A stretch of DNA of 62,419 nucleotides, taken from Thermoproteota archaeon (GTDB taxonomy: Archaea; Korarchaeota; JAOZGF01; JAOZFZ01). The stretch is from positions 1 to 62,419 of the forward strand of contig JAOZFT010000008.1 of NCBI GenBank assembly GCA_027492035.1. The letters are read 5' to 3'. Numbering within the stretch: position 1 is the first letter of the stretch; every line of letters begins with the position of its first letter. This document shows positions 46,723-56,850 of this stretch, piece by piece. The notes beneath the pieces are model-generated. The model was given only the letters and a program-made list of their open reading frames with translations. It was not told where the DNA came from and ran no database searches. Made by a program: the position numbers and the translations under genes.

Positions 46723-47835
46723 TTGCAGAAGCTTTTTAAATGCTTCTGCCCTTTCTTTTCAACAGGAAAAAGTGTGGTGAAAAGTTTGGGCAAAGTAGCT
46801 TTGGATGCAGCAACTCCTAAACATGCAATTTTAGCTTCTATACTTTACAATGAATTAAAGAAAAGAGGGTATGAAGTTGAAGTATTGGCTAGGGAGGAAA
46901 CCCAAACACTGGATTTACTGAAACTTTTCAAAATACCTTACTTAGAAACTGGGAAATACGGAGGAGCAACTTTGGAAGGGAAACTTGAAGCGACTATTCA
47001 GCAAGAAATAAAAATTTTAAATCATTTTAAAAGGGAAGGCAAACCTGATGTGTTTTGGACACATGGAAACGTAAGCGGTGTAAGGGTTGCGTACGGGTTA
47101 GGGATTCCAATAGTTTACAATAATGACACGTTACATAATGAACCAGTGGTTAAATTAACAGTTCCGCTTACAACTAAATTAGTGATTCCTGAAGCTTACA
47201 AAAAGAGGGAATGGAGCAGATACGGAATAGATCTGAAAGAAATCATAAGATTTAAAGGGACAGAGGAAGTGGCTTGGGTGAAAAATCTTAAAATTAACAA
47301 AGAAGAAATTTTTAGGGAGGCGAAAGTTAAAACAGGGAAATTGGTTGTGGTGAGAGGATCTGAACACATGGCTTGCTACTCCAGCAAGGAAACTTTAAAT
47401 CTACGGAAAATATTGAGGGAACTAAGTAGAGAAGCTACGGTGATGTTTCTGCCAAGGTACAAGGGTGAAGAAAAATTAAGTGAAGGAATTAAGAACGTAA
47501 CTGTTCCGAAAAAAACAGTTTTTGCAGCTGGATTTGTTGGAGCAGCTGACTTAGTGGTGGGTTCAGGAGGAACGATATGTAAAGAAGCAACTCTTCAGGG
47601 GACACCAACAATCAGTTTCCATTTTGAAGATGCAGTAACGAAGTACCTTGAAAGGAAAAATTTCCCTATATGGTATATTCCTACAATTAATGAAGTAATA
47701 AAAAAATCGGAAAAGATACTTAGAGACCCTGAAAAATACAGGGTGGATACATCAAAGAAGTTAAAAAGAATGGAGTCACCTGTGCCTGCTGTGTTGAAAA
47801 GCATCGAATCAGTTAGTGAGAAGCTGCAAACTTAA
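46723..47835 (+). CDS. DUF354-family glycosyltransferase-fold protein
   Basis: LDAATPKHA, G.YGG.TLEGKL, RVAYGLGIP, F.GTEEVAW, GSGGTI.KEA...GTP.IS. True start probably near 46777. Confidence 0.85.
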   Translation: MQKLFKCFCPFFSTGKSVVKSLGKVALDAATPKHAILASILYNELKKRGYEVEVLAREETQTLDLLKLFKIPYLETGKYGGATLEGKLEATIQQEIKILNHFKREGKPDVFWTHGNVSGVRVAYGLGIPIVYNNDTLHNEPVVKLTVPLTTKLVIPEAYKKREWSRYGIDLKEIIRFKGTEEVAWVKNLKINKEEIFREAKVKTGKLVVVRGSEHMACYSSKETLNLRKILRELSREATVMFLPRYKGEEKLSEGIKNVTVPKKTVFAAGFVGAADLVVGSGGTICKEATLQGTPTISFHFEDAVTKYLERKNFPIWYIPTINEVIKKSEKILRDPEKYRVDTSKKLKRMESPVPAVLKSIESVSEKLQT

Positions 47836-47999
47836 TTTTCCAATTAGCAATTTCTTAAGTTTTTACCTACTTCTCTATTTTCTTCCTTGTTTTCTTCAGG
47901 TTTTAATGCTTCAATATAAAGTAAAAGCTTTAAAAACCTTTTTGAGGAAAAACGCGGGAAAGAAATGTTTTATAGAAACTCCTATAGAGACCCCTTCCG

Positions 48000-48030
48000 A
48001 AAAATTTAAATATTTTTGTAATATCACAAA
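48000..48030 (+). promoter_or_regulatory. Candidate BRE/TATA box with adjacent palindromic operator
   Basis: ccgaaaaaTTTAAATA followed by the imperfect palindrome TTTGTAATATCACAAA (48015-48030), upstream of the ArsR-like gene. Confidence 0.45.
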
Positions 48031-48112
48031 GAATTTTATAATAATTAGAGAGAAAGACGAAGTCAAGGTTAATGAAGTAGGGTTTGTTAGAATTCATCGA
48101 GAATGGTTTTTA

Positions 48113-48490
48113 ATGTGTAGAAACAAATGTAGGGAAGGTTATAGGGAATCAAATGGTTTTTGGAAGTACTTTAGGGCTCTTCATTGCCCAATAAGGTGGG
48201 TAATTATCCACCTTGTAAGTAATGGAGATAAAAGCACAAGTGAAATTTTTGAAGGGTTAAGGGAGAGGGGAGAAGTGCTTTCACGATCTGGACTTTATTA
48301 TCACCTTTCTGAATTGGAGAATGCAGGTATAATTGAAGTTGCTAAGTACAGAGAAGTTGGGGGAGGGGCACCTGAAAAGGTTTGGCGGCTGAAAACAAAA
48401 GAAATCAGGATTAATTTATTAACTGACTTAAAGGAGGGTAAAAGAGTGAATGAAAAAAGAAAAAGCTGTAGAGGTTTCAAGTCTCACTAA
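48113..48490 (+). CDS. ArsR-type winged-helix transcriptional regulator
   Basis: FRALHCPIRW.II..., LSRSGLYYHLSELENAGII, GGAPEKVWRL. ATG 48113 is more plausible than the track start 47816. Confidence 0.85.
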   Translation: MCRNKCREGYRESNGFWKYFRALHCPIRWVIIHLVSNGDKSTSEIFEGLRERGEVLSRSGLYYHLSELENAGIIEVAKYREVGGGAPEKVWRLKTKEIRINLLTDLKEGKRVNEKRKSCRGFKSH

Positions 48491-49379
48491 GTGTTTTGGT
48501 GAATTAGTGGCTGTTGACCATGTAAAATTTGAAGTTGAAAAAGGTGAATTTTTTGGTTTTTTAGGACCAAATGGTGCAGGCAAAACAACCACTATTAGAA
48601 TACTTACTGGAGTCATTAAACCTGATGAAGGAAATGTTCAAGTTTTAGGTTACGATGTTTTAGAGAACAGTATTGAAGCTAAACAGTTAATGGGTGTTGT
48701 TCCTGAAATGGCTAATGCTTACTTAGATCTTTCAGCTTGGAATAACCTCATGTTAGTTGGGGCTTTGTATGGTGTCCCTAAAGAGTTGAGAAAAGAGAGA
48801 GCAAGTAAACTTCTTAAAGAGTTTAAGTTGTATGAAAGAAGAAACTGTTTAGTTAAAGGTTTTTCAAAAGGGATGAAACAGAAGCTGCTGCTTTGCATGG
48901 CTTTAATAAATGAACCTGAAATTCTTTTTTTGGATGAACCTACTTCAGGTTTAGACGTGGAAAGCCGAAGATTAATAATAGAAGTTATTCAGAAACTTAA
49001 CAAGGAAGGGAAAACTGTTTTTTTAACAACCCACAACATTGAAGAAGCTAACCAGCTTTGTGACAGGGTGGCAATTATCAACCGTGGCAGAATTGCAGCT
49101 GTTGATAGGCCGGAGAAACTTAGGTTGAAAAGCAGTGGGTTACAGTCAATAGAAGTTAGTTTCGACAGAAAAGTTGATGTTGAGGAGGTTTTAGAAATTG
49201 AAGGAGTTAATAAAGCCAGGAAAATGGGTGACAAAATAAAAATTTACATTGACGACCCAGATGCAGCAATAAATGAATTAGTTGATTTTGCACGTTCAAA
49301 AAAACTTAAAATTGTTTCCCTTAACACACTTGCACCTAGCTTGGAAGACGTGTTTCTCAAACTTATTAAGGAAAACTGA
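48450..49379 (+). CDS. ABC-2 exporter ATPase (DrrA-like)
   Basis: GPNGAGKTT, FSKGMKQK, LDEPTSGLD, TTH, C-terminal PSLEDVF. Confidence 0.93.
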   Translation: MKKEKAVEVSSLTKCFGELVAVDHVKFEVEKGEFFGFLGPNGAGKTTTIRILTGVIKPDEGNVQVLGYDVLENSIEAKQLMGVVPEMANAYLDLSAWNNLMLVGALYGVPKELRKERASKLLKEFKLYERRNCLVKGFSKGMKQKLLLCMALINEPEILFLDEPTSGLDVESRRLIIEVIQKLNKEGKTVFLTTHNIEEANQLCDRVAIINRGRIAAVDRPEKLRLKSSGLQSIEVSFDRKVDVEEVLEIEGVNKARKMGDKIKIYIDDPDAAINELVDFARSKKLKIVSLNTLAPSLEDVFLKLIKEN

Positions 49380-49391
49380 AGGGGTAAAACA

Positions 49392-50147
49392 TTGAAAAGG
49401 AAACCGTATTTGAATCAGTTCAAAAGATCTTTAGCAATAGCGGAAAAGAATATACGAATTTATTACTATAAAGGACCAGTTATTATTTTCGGGGTTTTAA
49501 TTCCTTTATTTCTTTTCCTTTCTTTCTACATTGGAAGAAACATACCTATTAAGGCTCTTATACCCGGGTTGCTTGGCATGACAACCTTTTTCACATCCAC
49601 TTCAGTAGGGCCAGCTATTGTTCCTTGGGAAGCTAGGGCAAAAACATTGGAGAGACTTATTTCATCTCCTGTCTCTATCTGGACTATTTTTCTGGGTGAC
49701 GTTATTTCCTCTTTTCTTTTCGGCATTCTTGTGTCAACAATTCCTGTTTTTGTTGGGTTATTGCTCGGAGTCAAAGTTTTAAATCCTTTCACGCTAATTT
49801 TCGGGGTTGTTCTCGCAGCTTTCTGTTTTGCTTCTTTTAGTGTATTGTTGTCCTCTTACCCTCCTTCAAACGTACCGGCTAGTTCAATGATGCTGTCTTC
49901 CTTAGTTAAGTTCCCACTTATTTTTGTAAGCGGAGTTTTTATTCCAATAAAGAATCTGCCCTTAATAGGAAAAATTGTTTCTTCAGTTTCCCCTTTAACT
50001 TACTTTACAGAACTGGCAAGGTATTCCCTTCAAGGCAGTTGCTTCTTCCCTGTTGAAATAGATTTTTTAGCTTTAATGTTTTTCAATGTTTTATTCTTTG
50101 TTGCTGCTGTGAAAATCCATGAACGTACTTTGCCTCAGAGACTATAA
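49392..50147 (+). CDS. ABC-2 type exporter permease
   Basis: Six TM; TLERL..SP, P.IF.SGVF.PI..LP, SPLTY. Confidence 0.9.
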   Translation: MKRKPYLNQFKRSLAIAEKNIRIYYYKGPVIIFGVLIPLFLFLSFYIGRNIPIKALIPGLLGMTTFFTSTSVGPAIVPWEARAKTLERLISSPVSIWTIFLGDVISSFLFGILVSTIPVFVGLLLGVKVLNPFTLIFGVVLAAFCFASFSVLLSSYPPSNVPASSMMLSSLVKFPLIFVSGVFIPIKNLPLIGKIVSSVSPLTYFTELARYSLQGSCFFPVEIDFLALMFFNVLFFVAAVKIHERTLPQRL

Positions 50148-50232
50148 ACTTCAAGAACAGAACCAAAACTTAGAAAGGCTAACAAATTCAGAAAGAAAAT
50201 TTTATAAGTTCAAGAATAATTTTCCTGAAATC

Positions 50233-50802
50233 ATGAATTTTACACCTTTCATTGTTTCTTTTATGCTTGTGTCTATTACGGAGTTAGGAGATAAAACCCA
50301 ATTCGCAGTTATTAATCTTTCTTCGAAGTTAAAAACTTCCTCTGTTTTTCTGGGGGCTATGTCGGCTTTTTCAGCTGTAACTTTGTTTTCAATGTTTATT
50401 GGTGGAGTGTTAACTTTTGTAATTCCCATGTTTTGGGTAAATCTTTTTTCAGGTTTAATTTTCCTGGTTTTCGGATTTTACATCATTTACAGCCTTGCAC
50501 TTAAAAAATCTAGGTGGCAGTTTGAAGTAGAGAAAACGAGAGGTGGTATTTTTTCATCTTTCACTTTGGTTACGTTGATGGAGTTAGGGGATAAAACCCA
50601 ATTTGCTGTAATTGCTCTTTCTATGAAATACAGTTCTTTATTAGCCGTTTACATCGGTTCAATCCTTGCTTTCCTTTCCGTTACAGCATTTGGTGTAATA
50701 ATAGGTTCTGCTTTAAAGAAGTACTTACAGTTTAAATATGTTCAATTAATTAACGGCTTCATTTTTGTACTTTTAGGGGTTACTCTTTTAATTGAAGCAT
50801 AA
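50233..50802 (+). CDS. TMEM165/GDT1 (UPF0016) Mn2+/Ca2+ transporter
   Basis: Two ELGDKTQ motifs. ATG 50233 likely (track start 50119). Confidence 0.93.
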   Translation: MNFTPFIVSFMLVSITELGDKTQFAVINLSSKLKTSSVFLGAMSAFSAVTLFSMFIGGVLTFVIPMFWVNLFSGLIFLVFGFYIIYSLALKKSRWQFEVEKTRGGIFSSFTLVTLMELGDKTQFAVIALSMKYSSLLAVYIGSILAFLSVTAFGVIIGSALKKYLQFKYVQLINGFIFVLLGVTLLIEA

Positions 50803-50837
50803 ATTATTTTTTTTAAAGTTTAAGAGAGGCCTGGTTC

Positions 50838-52028
50838 TTAAATCACTTTCTCTCTCCTTAGTTTTTCTATTTCCTTTTTTGAGTAACCTAAAAGTTTATT
50901 CAGAACTTCTTCCGTATGTTCACCAAGTAATGGAGGATATTTACTTATTTTAAGAGGTGTTTCAGAAAATTTTATCGGGGTGCCTACCATTTCCAGTTCA
51001 CCGATTTTAGGATGTTTCACTTTAACAAGCATTTCCCTATGTAGGACTTGAGGATCCTTAAATATTTCTTCCATTTTGTAAACTGGTCCACATGGAATTT
51101 TGGCTTTGTTTAAAATATTTATCCATTCATCTCTGTTTCTTCCTTGAAACAATTTCTCCAGTAAAGGTATTAACTTATTCTTGTTTTCAACTCTTCCACT
51201 GTTTGTTCTGAATTCAGGTTTATTAGCTAAATCTTTTAAACCTACTGTTTCACAAAAGACACGCCAAAAATTATCATTTCCAATTGCTAAAACCATGTAT
51301 TTACTGTCTTTTGTTTTGAAGCATTGGTAGGGAACAATGTTAGGGTGAGCTGAACCCATAGGTTTAGGGGATTTTCCTGTAGCGAAATAGTTTTGAGCCA
51401 TGTAAGTCATCCAAGAAACAGATGTGTCAAACAGTGATAAATCAAGATATTGACCCTTCCCTGTTTTCTCCCTCAGCCACAAAGCTGAAATAATGGCTAT
51501 TGCCGCATACATTCCTGTACCTAAGTCAGTTATAGCCACTCCTATCCTTACGGGAGGCCTTTCAGGTTCACCTGTTATCCCCATAAAGCCACCCATGCCT
51601 TGTATAATTATGTCGTAAGCTGTTCTGTTGCTGTAGGGCCCTGTTTGACCGAAACCTGAAATTGAACAATAAACAATTCTTGGGTTAACTTGTTTAATTG
51701 ATTCATAGTTTATACCTAATTTCGCAGCCACTCCAGGTCTGAAATTTTCCAAGAAAACATCTGATTTTTCAGCTAGTTTGTAAAGGATCTCCTTTCCCTT
51801 TTCACTTTTCAAATTCAAAGTTACACTTTTCTTTCCCCTATTAACTGAAAGGTAGTAAGCGCTTTCCCCATTAATGAAAGGAGGGCCCCAAGCTCTTGTG
51901 TCATCTCCCACACCTGGTTTTTCAACCTTTATTACTTCAGCCCCTAGATCTGCAAGTATCATTGAACAGAAAGGACCGGCTAAAACCCTACTTACATCCA
52001 AAACCCTAATTTTTTCTAAAGGAAGCAT
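50838..52028 (-). CDS. Family III CoA-transferase (CaiB/BaiF/Frc)
   Basis: LAGPF...LADLGAEVIKVE, NRGKKS, ENFRPG, SISGFGQTGP, AYD, PP.LGEHT. Confidence 0.95.
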   Translation of the reverse strand: MLPLEKIRVLDVSRVLAGPFCSMILADLGAEVIKVEKPGVGDDTRAWGPPFINGESAYYLSVNRGKKSVTLNLKSEKGKEILYKLAEKSDVFLENFRPGVAAKLGINYESIKQVNPRIVYCSISGFGQTGPYSNRTAYDIIIQGMGGFMGITGEPERPPVRIGVAITDLGTGMYAAIAIISALWLREKTGKGQYLDLSLFDTSVSWMTYMAQNYFATGKSPKPMGSAHPNIVPYQCFKTKDSKYMVLAIGNDNFWRVFCETVGLKDLANKPEFRTNSGRVENKNKLIPLLEKLFQGRNRDEWINILNKAKIPCGPVYKMEEIFKDPQVLHREMLVKVKHPKIGELEMVGTPIKFSETPLKISKYPPLLGEHTEEVLNKLLGYSKKEIEKLRREKVI

Positions 52029-52135
52029 ACACTTTCACCTTTTAAAAAGGAACTATTGGAAAGGGTTTTTCAACTATAAATTTTTCAAAAATACAAATCT
52101 TTTCAAGGAGAAGATGTAACCACCAGAAAGGAAAT

Positions 52136-52954
52136 TTATTTTTCATCCCTCCGATGGATGGGTAAACCCCTTTCTTTTGGTCCCACGTAACGAATTTGTT
52201 TCAAAGGAACTTCTTTGAATGGTCTTCCATTAACTATTTCTTCGTAAGAGTGAGCTGCTATGCCTAAACCCCTCGATAAAACAAAGATGGCTCTTCCCAT
52301 TCTCCAATCGAAACCAAGTTCACAAGCCACTGCAGCCATTGCCCCGTCAATATTGAGAGGCAACTTCCTCCCTTTAATTTCTGCCAAAGCCTTCTCTACG
52401 TTTCTGGCTATTTCTAGGTATTCACCCTTTAACCCGCATTCTTGAGCTATTTGGAAAAGTTTCAGTACCCTAGGATCTTTGTCTGTGTGAAGTTTATGCC
52501 CAAAACCAGGAACACGGCCTTCTTTCTTCAAATACTTTAAAACAAATTCTTTAACTGCTTCCTCCATCCTTCCTTCCTTTTTAATTTCTTCTTTTAAGAT
52601 GTAAAAGAATTTCATCGCCCCTTCAATGGCTCCGCCGTGATATTTCCCTAAAGCATTCACCCCACTTGCTATAGCGTTTTGTAAACCAACCCCTCCTGAA
52701 GCAACATACCTTGCAGCTGCAACAGAAGGACAGAATAAACTGTGGTCACAGCCGGCAATTAATAAGGCATCAAGTATTTTTTTCCATTTCCTATTCGGCA
52801 GCTCCCCTTTAAAAATCAAATAAAAGGTTTCACCATAGGAAAGGTTTTCCATCAAGTCCTCTATTCTGTAACCTCTTACAAGAATTTTATTTTTTTCAAC
52901 ATATGTTATTGAAGTTTTCCAGTAGGATCCTTCTTCCTCCATTTCCCCCGACAC
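52136..52954 (-). CDS. Citryl-CoA lyase / short citrate-synthase-fold protein
   Basis: WKTSIT, RGY, DH, HGGA, PGFGH..H..DPR, LN(I)DG; about 270 aa. Confidence 0.88.
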   Translation of the reverse strand: MSGEMEEEGSYWKTSITYVEKNKILVRGYRIEDLMENLSYGETFYLIFKGELPNRKWKKILDALLIAGCDHSLFCPSVAAARYVASGGVGLQNAIASGVNALGKYHGGAIEGAMKFFYILKEEIKKEGRMEEAVKEFVLKYLKKEGRVPGFGHKLHTDKDPRVLKLFQIAQECGLKGEYLEIARNVEKALAEIKGRKLPLNIDGAMAAVACELGFDWRMGRAIFVLSRGLGIAAHSYEEIVNGRPFKEVPLKQIRYVGPKERGLPIHRRDEK

Positions 52955-53123
52955 CTATTTTTCACTCTTCATTAAAAGTAGACATGATTTTTTAAAAGAG
53001 GAGGGGTTTATTAACTTTCCCAAAAAATAAATTTAATTGGGATATAAATGGAAGAAACAATATTAACATTGATGGAGGAGGAAGATTTATTCTTAACATT
53101 AATCAGTCCAGAGGCAATTAAGG

Positions 53124-53549
53124 ATGCTGAAACTAAAGATAAACTAAAGATAAATAGTAGAAAGAGTAGATGACGCATTATCTGCAGAAACTGTAGCCAT
53201 AGCTAACAGCGGCTTCGTAGGGGTGGAACCTGAAATATTAGTACCTTCCCATGTGGTAAATCAGTTGAAACTACATAACATAAAGGAATTGGAAACTTAC
53301 ACAAAAATCACAGGAGACGGTAGGGAAATAAGATTTTTGAAATATAGGAACGCTGTCAAAGTCTATGTTGTTACCGGTGACAGGGTAGAGGGACCAATCA
53401 TCAACACCGTCCTGCTCTCAACCAGAGCCAAGTACACCTTGTTAAACGATAAACTTCTCAGCAAATTAAAAATAAATTCCTTTAGACTTTGGTGAAGGTA
53501 CCTGGTGCTTTAGAGATGAACCAGGAAAGAAAGAGAGAAGAAGCGTATG
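53124..53549 (+). pseudogene. Disrupted archaeal clan-AA aspartic-protease-like gene
   Basis: ATG 53124, then an 11-bp tandem duplication (aaactaaagat x2) with in-frame stops; ETVAIANSGFVGVEPEILVP...; a 3' frameshift separates LDFGEGTWCFRDEPGKKERRSV*. Confidence 0.7.
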
Positions 53550-53779
53550 AAACAAAGCAAAAATAAGAGATTCAAGTTACTCTTCCATTTTTAAACATCG
53601 CTTTTAAGGTAAGTTTTTGCCAGTAAATTGAAAAAAATTGTAAATAAGAAATAGGACATAGTTAGTTAAGTTTTCGGTTTTAGAATAAAATTACCAGGTG
53701 CACTATCCATCGAAACAGTTAATAAGCTAAAACCTACCAATACCTACGAGAATTCATCAGTTATGAACTCCCTGAACCT

Positions 53780-54148
53780 TTAACCGTGTTCATGGAATCT
53801 TTCTTTAGGTTCATAGGGCGTACTAACAAGTTCTCCTTTTATGAAACTCTGAACTATGTCTCTTATTTTGCCGGAAGCACCTGTAATAACCTGAATCCCC
53901 AACTTTTTAAACCAGTCCTTTGCCCTCCACCCTATTCCCCGTGCAATAATTACGTTAACTTTTTGTGAAAATAGGAAGTTAGGGATATCCCCTGGTGAAT
54001 GGGAGCCGAAAGGAGTTTTTATAGCTTTTACGTTTTTTATTTCAGATTTTTCAATGTCAACTATCGTGTAAAAAGGGGATCTCCCGAAATGTTCACCTAC
54101 AAAACTATCTAACCCTTTGTCATCGATTGAAGGTATTGCTATCCTCAT
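53780..54148 (-). CDS. NifB/NifX (FeMo-cofactor-binding) family protein
   Basis: MRIAIP, HFGRSP.Y, V..II..GIG..A. Confidence 0.9.
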   Translation of the reverse strand: MRIAIPSIDDKGLDSFVGEHFGRSPFYTIVDIEKSEIKNVKAIKTPFGSHSPGDIPNFLFSQKVNVIIARGIGWRAKDWFKKLGIQVITGASGKIRDIVQSFIKGELVSTPYEPKERFHEHG

Positions 54149-54396
54149 TTCTCATCGCCGTCTCCACAAAGAAATGTTTCTGAAAAAAAATTGTGTTTAA
54201 TCTCAAAATTCCCTTCTCCACCCCCTATAAAAATTTTACGATTCTAAATTTCTTTTGTTTAAATTTTTTGTTTCATTTTTCAAAATGAAATATTTCCATC
54301 CAGTAAACCTCAACATCAAAAACATTTTTTAAAACAAAGTAAATAAATAACAGTTTTTTACATTCACTTAATTTAAGGAAAGTTTGTGGAGGGAAA

Positions 54397-54894
54397 ATGA
54401 ACATAAAAAATTTCCAATCTTTTAAAAGGGGAAAGGAACAGCTTGAAAACTTCCTTAAAAAGAAAAAAGTGAAGTATAAAATAATAACTCTCACCGGTAG
54501 TACAAGAACGGTTCAAGAAGCAAGTAAGGAATTAAGTGTTGACTCCTCAGAAATAGTTAAAAGCTTGATTTTTATAACAGAGGAAGGTAAACCTGTCCTG
54601 TGTATAGTTAGGGGGGACAGGAAAGTTGATAGAAAGAAACTCAAAAAAATTTTAGGAACAAAAGATGTTAAATTAGCTTCTCCAAAAGAAGTTCTTGAAA
54701 TAACAGGTTTTGAAGTTGGTGGTGTACCACCTGTAGGCCTTAAAGGGCTGCACAAAATAATAATTGACAAGAACATAATGGAGAAGCCTGTAGTTTATGG
54801 TGGAGGAGGAGAGGGAAACCTCATCCTAGAAATAAACCCAGAAGACATAAAGAAACTTGTAAACGCAGAAATAACCGACATCTCCAAAAAATAA
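54397..54894 (+). CDS. YbaK/EbsC aminoacyl-tRNA deacylase family
   Basis: T.TV.EA, IVKSL, TGF.VGGVPP, GGG. Confidence 0.92.
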   Translation: MNIKNFQSFKRGKEQLENFLKKKKVKYKIITLTGSTRTVQEASKELSVDSSEIVKSLIFITEEGKPVLCIVRGDRKVDRKKLKKILGTKDVKLASPKEVLEITGFEVGGVPPVGLKGLHKIIIDKNIMEKPVVYGGGGEGNLILEINPEDIKKLVNAEITDISKK

Positions 54895-54909
54895 TTTTTC
54901 GAAGTAGAG

Positions 54910-55728
54910 GTGAGGGAGATTCAGGAGAAACAGGAATGGAGACTTATCCCCCTAAAAGAAAATAATGCGTTCATGAACATGGCCATTGACGAGGCAATAC
55001 TTAACCACGTGGTGAAGAAGAAATCCCCCAACACTTTAAGGTTTTATCGCTGGAACCCTTCAGCAGTCTCAATTGGTTTCTTTCAAAACGTGTACGAAGA
55101 AGTGAACATTGAACTCTGTAAAAAATTAAAAATCGATGTGGTGAGAAGAATAACGGGAGGAGGAGCTGTTTTCCACGACTACAACGGAGAAATAACTTAC
55201 AGCATAATCTACAACGAAAACAACCCTGAAATACCTAAAGAAATATCTAAAGCCTACTTCTTCACTTGTAAAGGAATAATTAACGCCCTCAAAAGGAAAG
55301 GATGGAAAGCAATATTTCAAACAGGAAAAATTCATTCATGTCCCAACATTGAATTACAAGGGTACAAAATTTCAGGAAACGCCCGTACACGAAAACATAG
55401 CGTTGTTTTGCAGCATGGAACTATTCTTTTAAAGGTTAGACCTGAAGTAATGTTTAATGTTTTGAAAAAACCGGTTCCTGGTGTAGAAAACCATGAAAAG
55501 GCTTTCCAGATAGCAAGTAAAAAAGTTAAGGGGGTAAATGATATAGTAGAGGATAAACTTAGTTTTGAAGAGCTTTACGAAGCATTGGTTTCAGGTTTTG
55601 AAGAAGCTCTAAACGTAAATTTCAGAACGGGAAACTTGGAAAAATCTGAACTTAAAGAAGCTGAAAAACTTGCAGTCAAAAAATACATGACGAAAAAGTG
55701 GCTAGTTAATAGAAAAGAAAGCAAGTAA
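54910..55728 (+). CDS. lplA: Lipoate-protein ligase A / LipM-family catalytic domain
   Basis: NMAIDEA, LRFYRW.P..VSIG.FQ, RR.TGGGAVFHD, KISGNA, LQHGT. Confidence 0.9.
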   Translation: MREIQEKQEWRLIPLKENNAFMNMAIDEAILNHVVKKKSPNTLRFYRWNPSAVSIGFFQNVYEEVNIELCKKLKIDVVRRITGGGAVFHDYNGEITYSIIYNENNPEIPKEISKAYFFTCKGIINALKRKGWKAIFQTGKIHSCPNIELQGYKISGNARTRKHSVVLQHGTILLKVRPEVMFNVLKKPVPGVENHEKAFQIASKKVKGVNDIVEDKLSFEELYEALVSGFEEALNVNFRTGNLEKSELKEAEKLAVKKYMTKKWLVNRKESK

Positions 55729-55774
55729 TTTTTCGTAAGCCTTAAAATCGTTCCTTACGTAACTGTTTATTTTG

Positions 55775-56581
55775 TTAAAGAAAATGCTCCAGGTTTTCTT
55801 TGCCCATAAAGTAACTCTTTAATTTATAGCAACCAACCAAACCAATTAGCCCCATAATTGCAACAATTGCTTCTACAAAGTACAGTCCTTTCAAAGTTTG
55901 AAGGTTAAAGCAGCTTTGAAGAAACGGAATCAAACCATCTACAGCTGTCTTGTATACAACAGCAACTAGAAAGAGTGAAAGTTTATTTTCATGTAAGGAA
56001 GCAGCTACAAGCAAAACAGAAAAAACATGGACGAAAATAGTGAATAATCTCTCAATTACAGGCGCCGGAATAAATAAACTGCTTACACTTAACTGTTTCA
56101 AAACAATAGCTCTTTGCGGCGCAGGCACCAAATTTAAAAGTTCAGGGTATAAAACAAAAACTAAAACGTTAATGAACGAAGAGAAACCGAGAAGTATGGC
56201 TTCCAAACAGCCGAAACCTAAACCAAAGGCTACAGCTTCCTCAAAAAACATGTCCTTCAACCTAAACTTCACCATCAACAAGTAAGGAAAAACGTTTTCC
56301 AAGATACCTGTCCTTAACCCAACATACAACCCGGTTAAGCCAATAACTAAAACCTGGTTTGAAAAGGTAGAAAACCATGAATAAATACCTTTAGTCACTG
56401 AAACATCCATTAAAGCCTTTATTGAAACAGCTGCAACCCACGCTATGAAACCAAACCCAAAAAATTTAAATGAAATGTCTTTTTCTTTCCACCAGTAAAT
56501 TAAAGGGAAGAAACCAACCAACATCATCCCTAAACCACTAAAAACCAAGAAGGGATTAATCAAGTTTCCCATGGCTTCCAC
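55775..56581 (-). CDS. YhfC-family intramembrane glutamic endopeptidase
   Basis: Multi-TM; G..E, FGLGFG..EA, ER....H motifs. Confidence 0.82.
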   Translation of the reverse strand: MEAMGNLINPFLVFSGLGMMLVGFFPLIYWWKEKDISFKFFGFGFIAWVAAVSIKALMDVSVTKGIYSWFSTFSNQVLVIGLTGLYVGLRTGILENVFPYLLMVKFRLKDMFFEEAVAFGLGFGCLEAILLGFSSFINVLVFVLYPELLNLVPAPQRAIVLKQLSVSSLFIPAPVIERLFTIFVHVFSVLLVAASLHENKLSLFLVAVVYKTAVDGLIPFLQSCFNLQTLKGLYFVEAIVAIMGLIGLVGCYKLKSYFMGKENLEHFL

Positions 56582-56850
56582 CTTTCCCTTATTGAAAAAA
56601 TAAGAAGCTGAAAAACACGTTAGAAAGAAAAGAAAAACTTTTTAAAAGTTTCTTTCCGTTTAAATACTTAAAAACTTTTGGTTAGGCCCTAAAACCCTTT
56701 TAGCTTTATAGAATTTTAAAAAAACTAAACCAACTAGGTAACATGTAACGTTTAAACTTTTATTACTAGCTCCTTTCCCCTCACTCTGCATCAGTTTTCA
56801 GCTTTTTTCCCTTTTAAAAACAGTTTCCAGATCCTAAAGGTAGATAAGCA

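Noticed and set aside
47816-48112. Long N-terminal extension of the ArsR-like ORF
   Set aside because: Covers AT-rich promoter-like sequence; the domain begins after ATG 48113.
54273-54494. 73-aa Phe-rich minus-strand ORF
   Set aside because: Low-complexity intergenic/antisense sequence overlapping the ybaK start.
55775-56581. YhfC protease as the processing enzyme for the surface polyprotein
   Set aside because: 16 kb away with no operon link; nothing in the sequence connects them.
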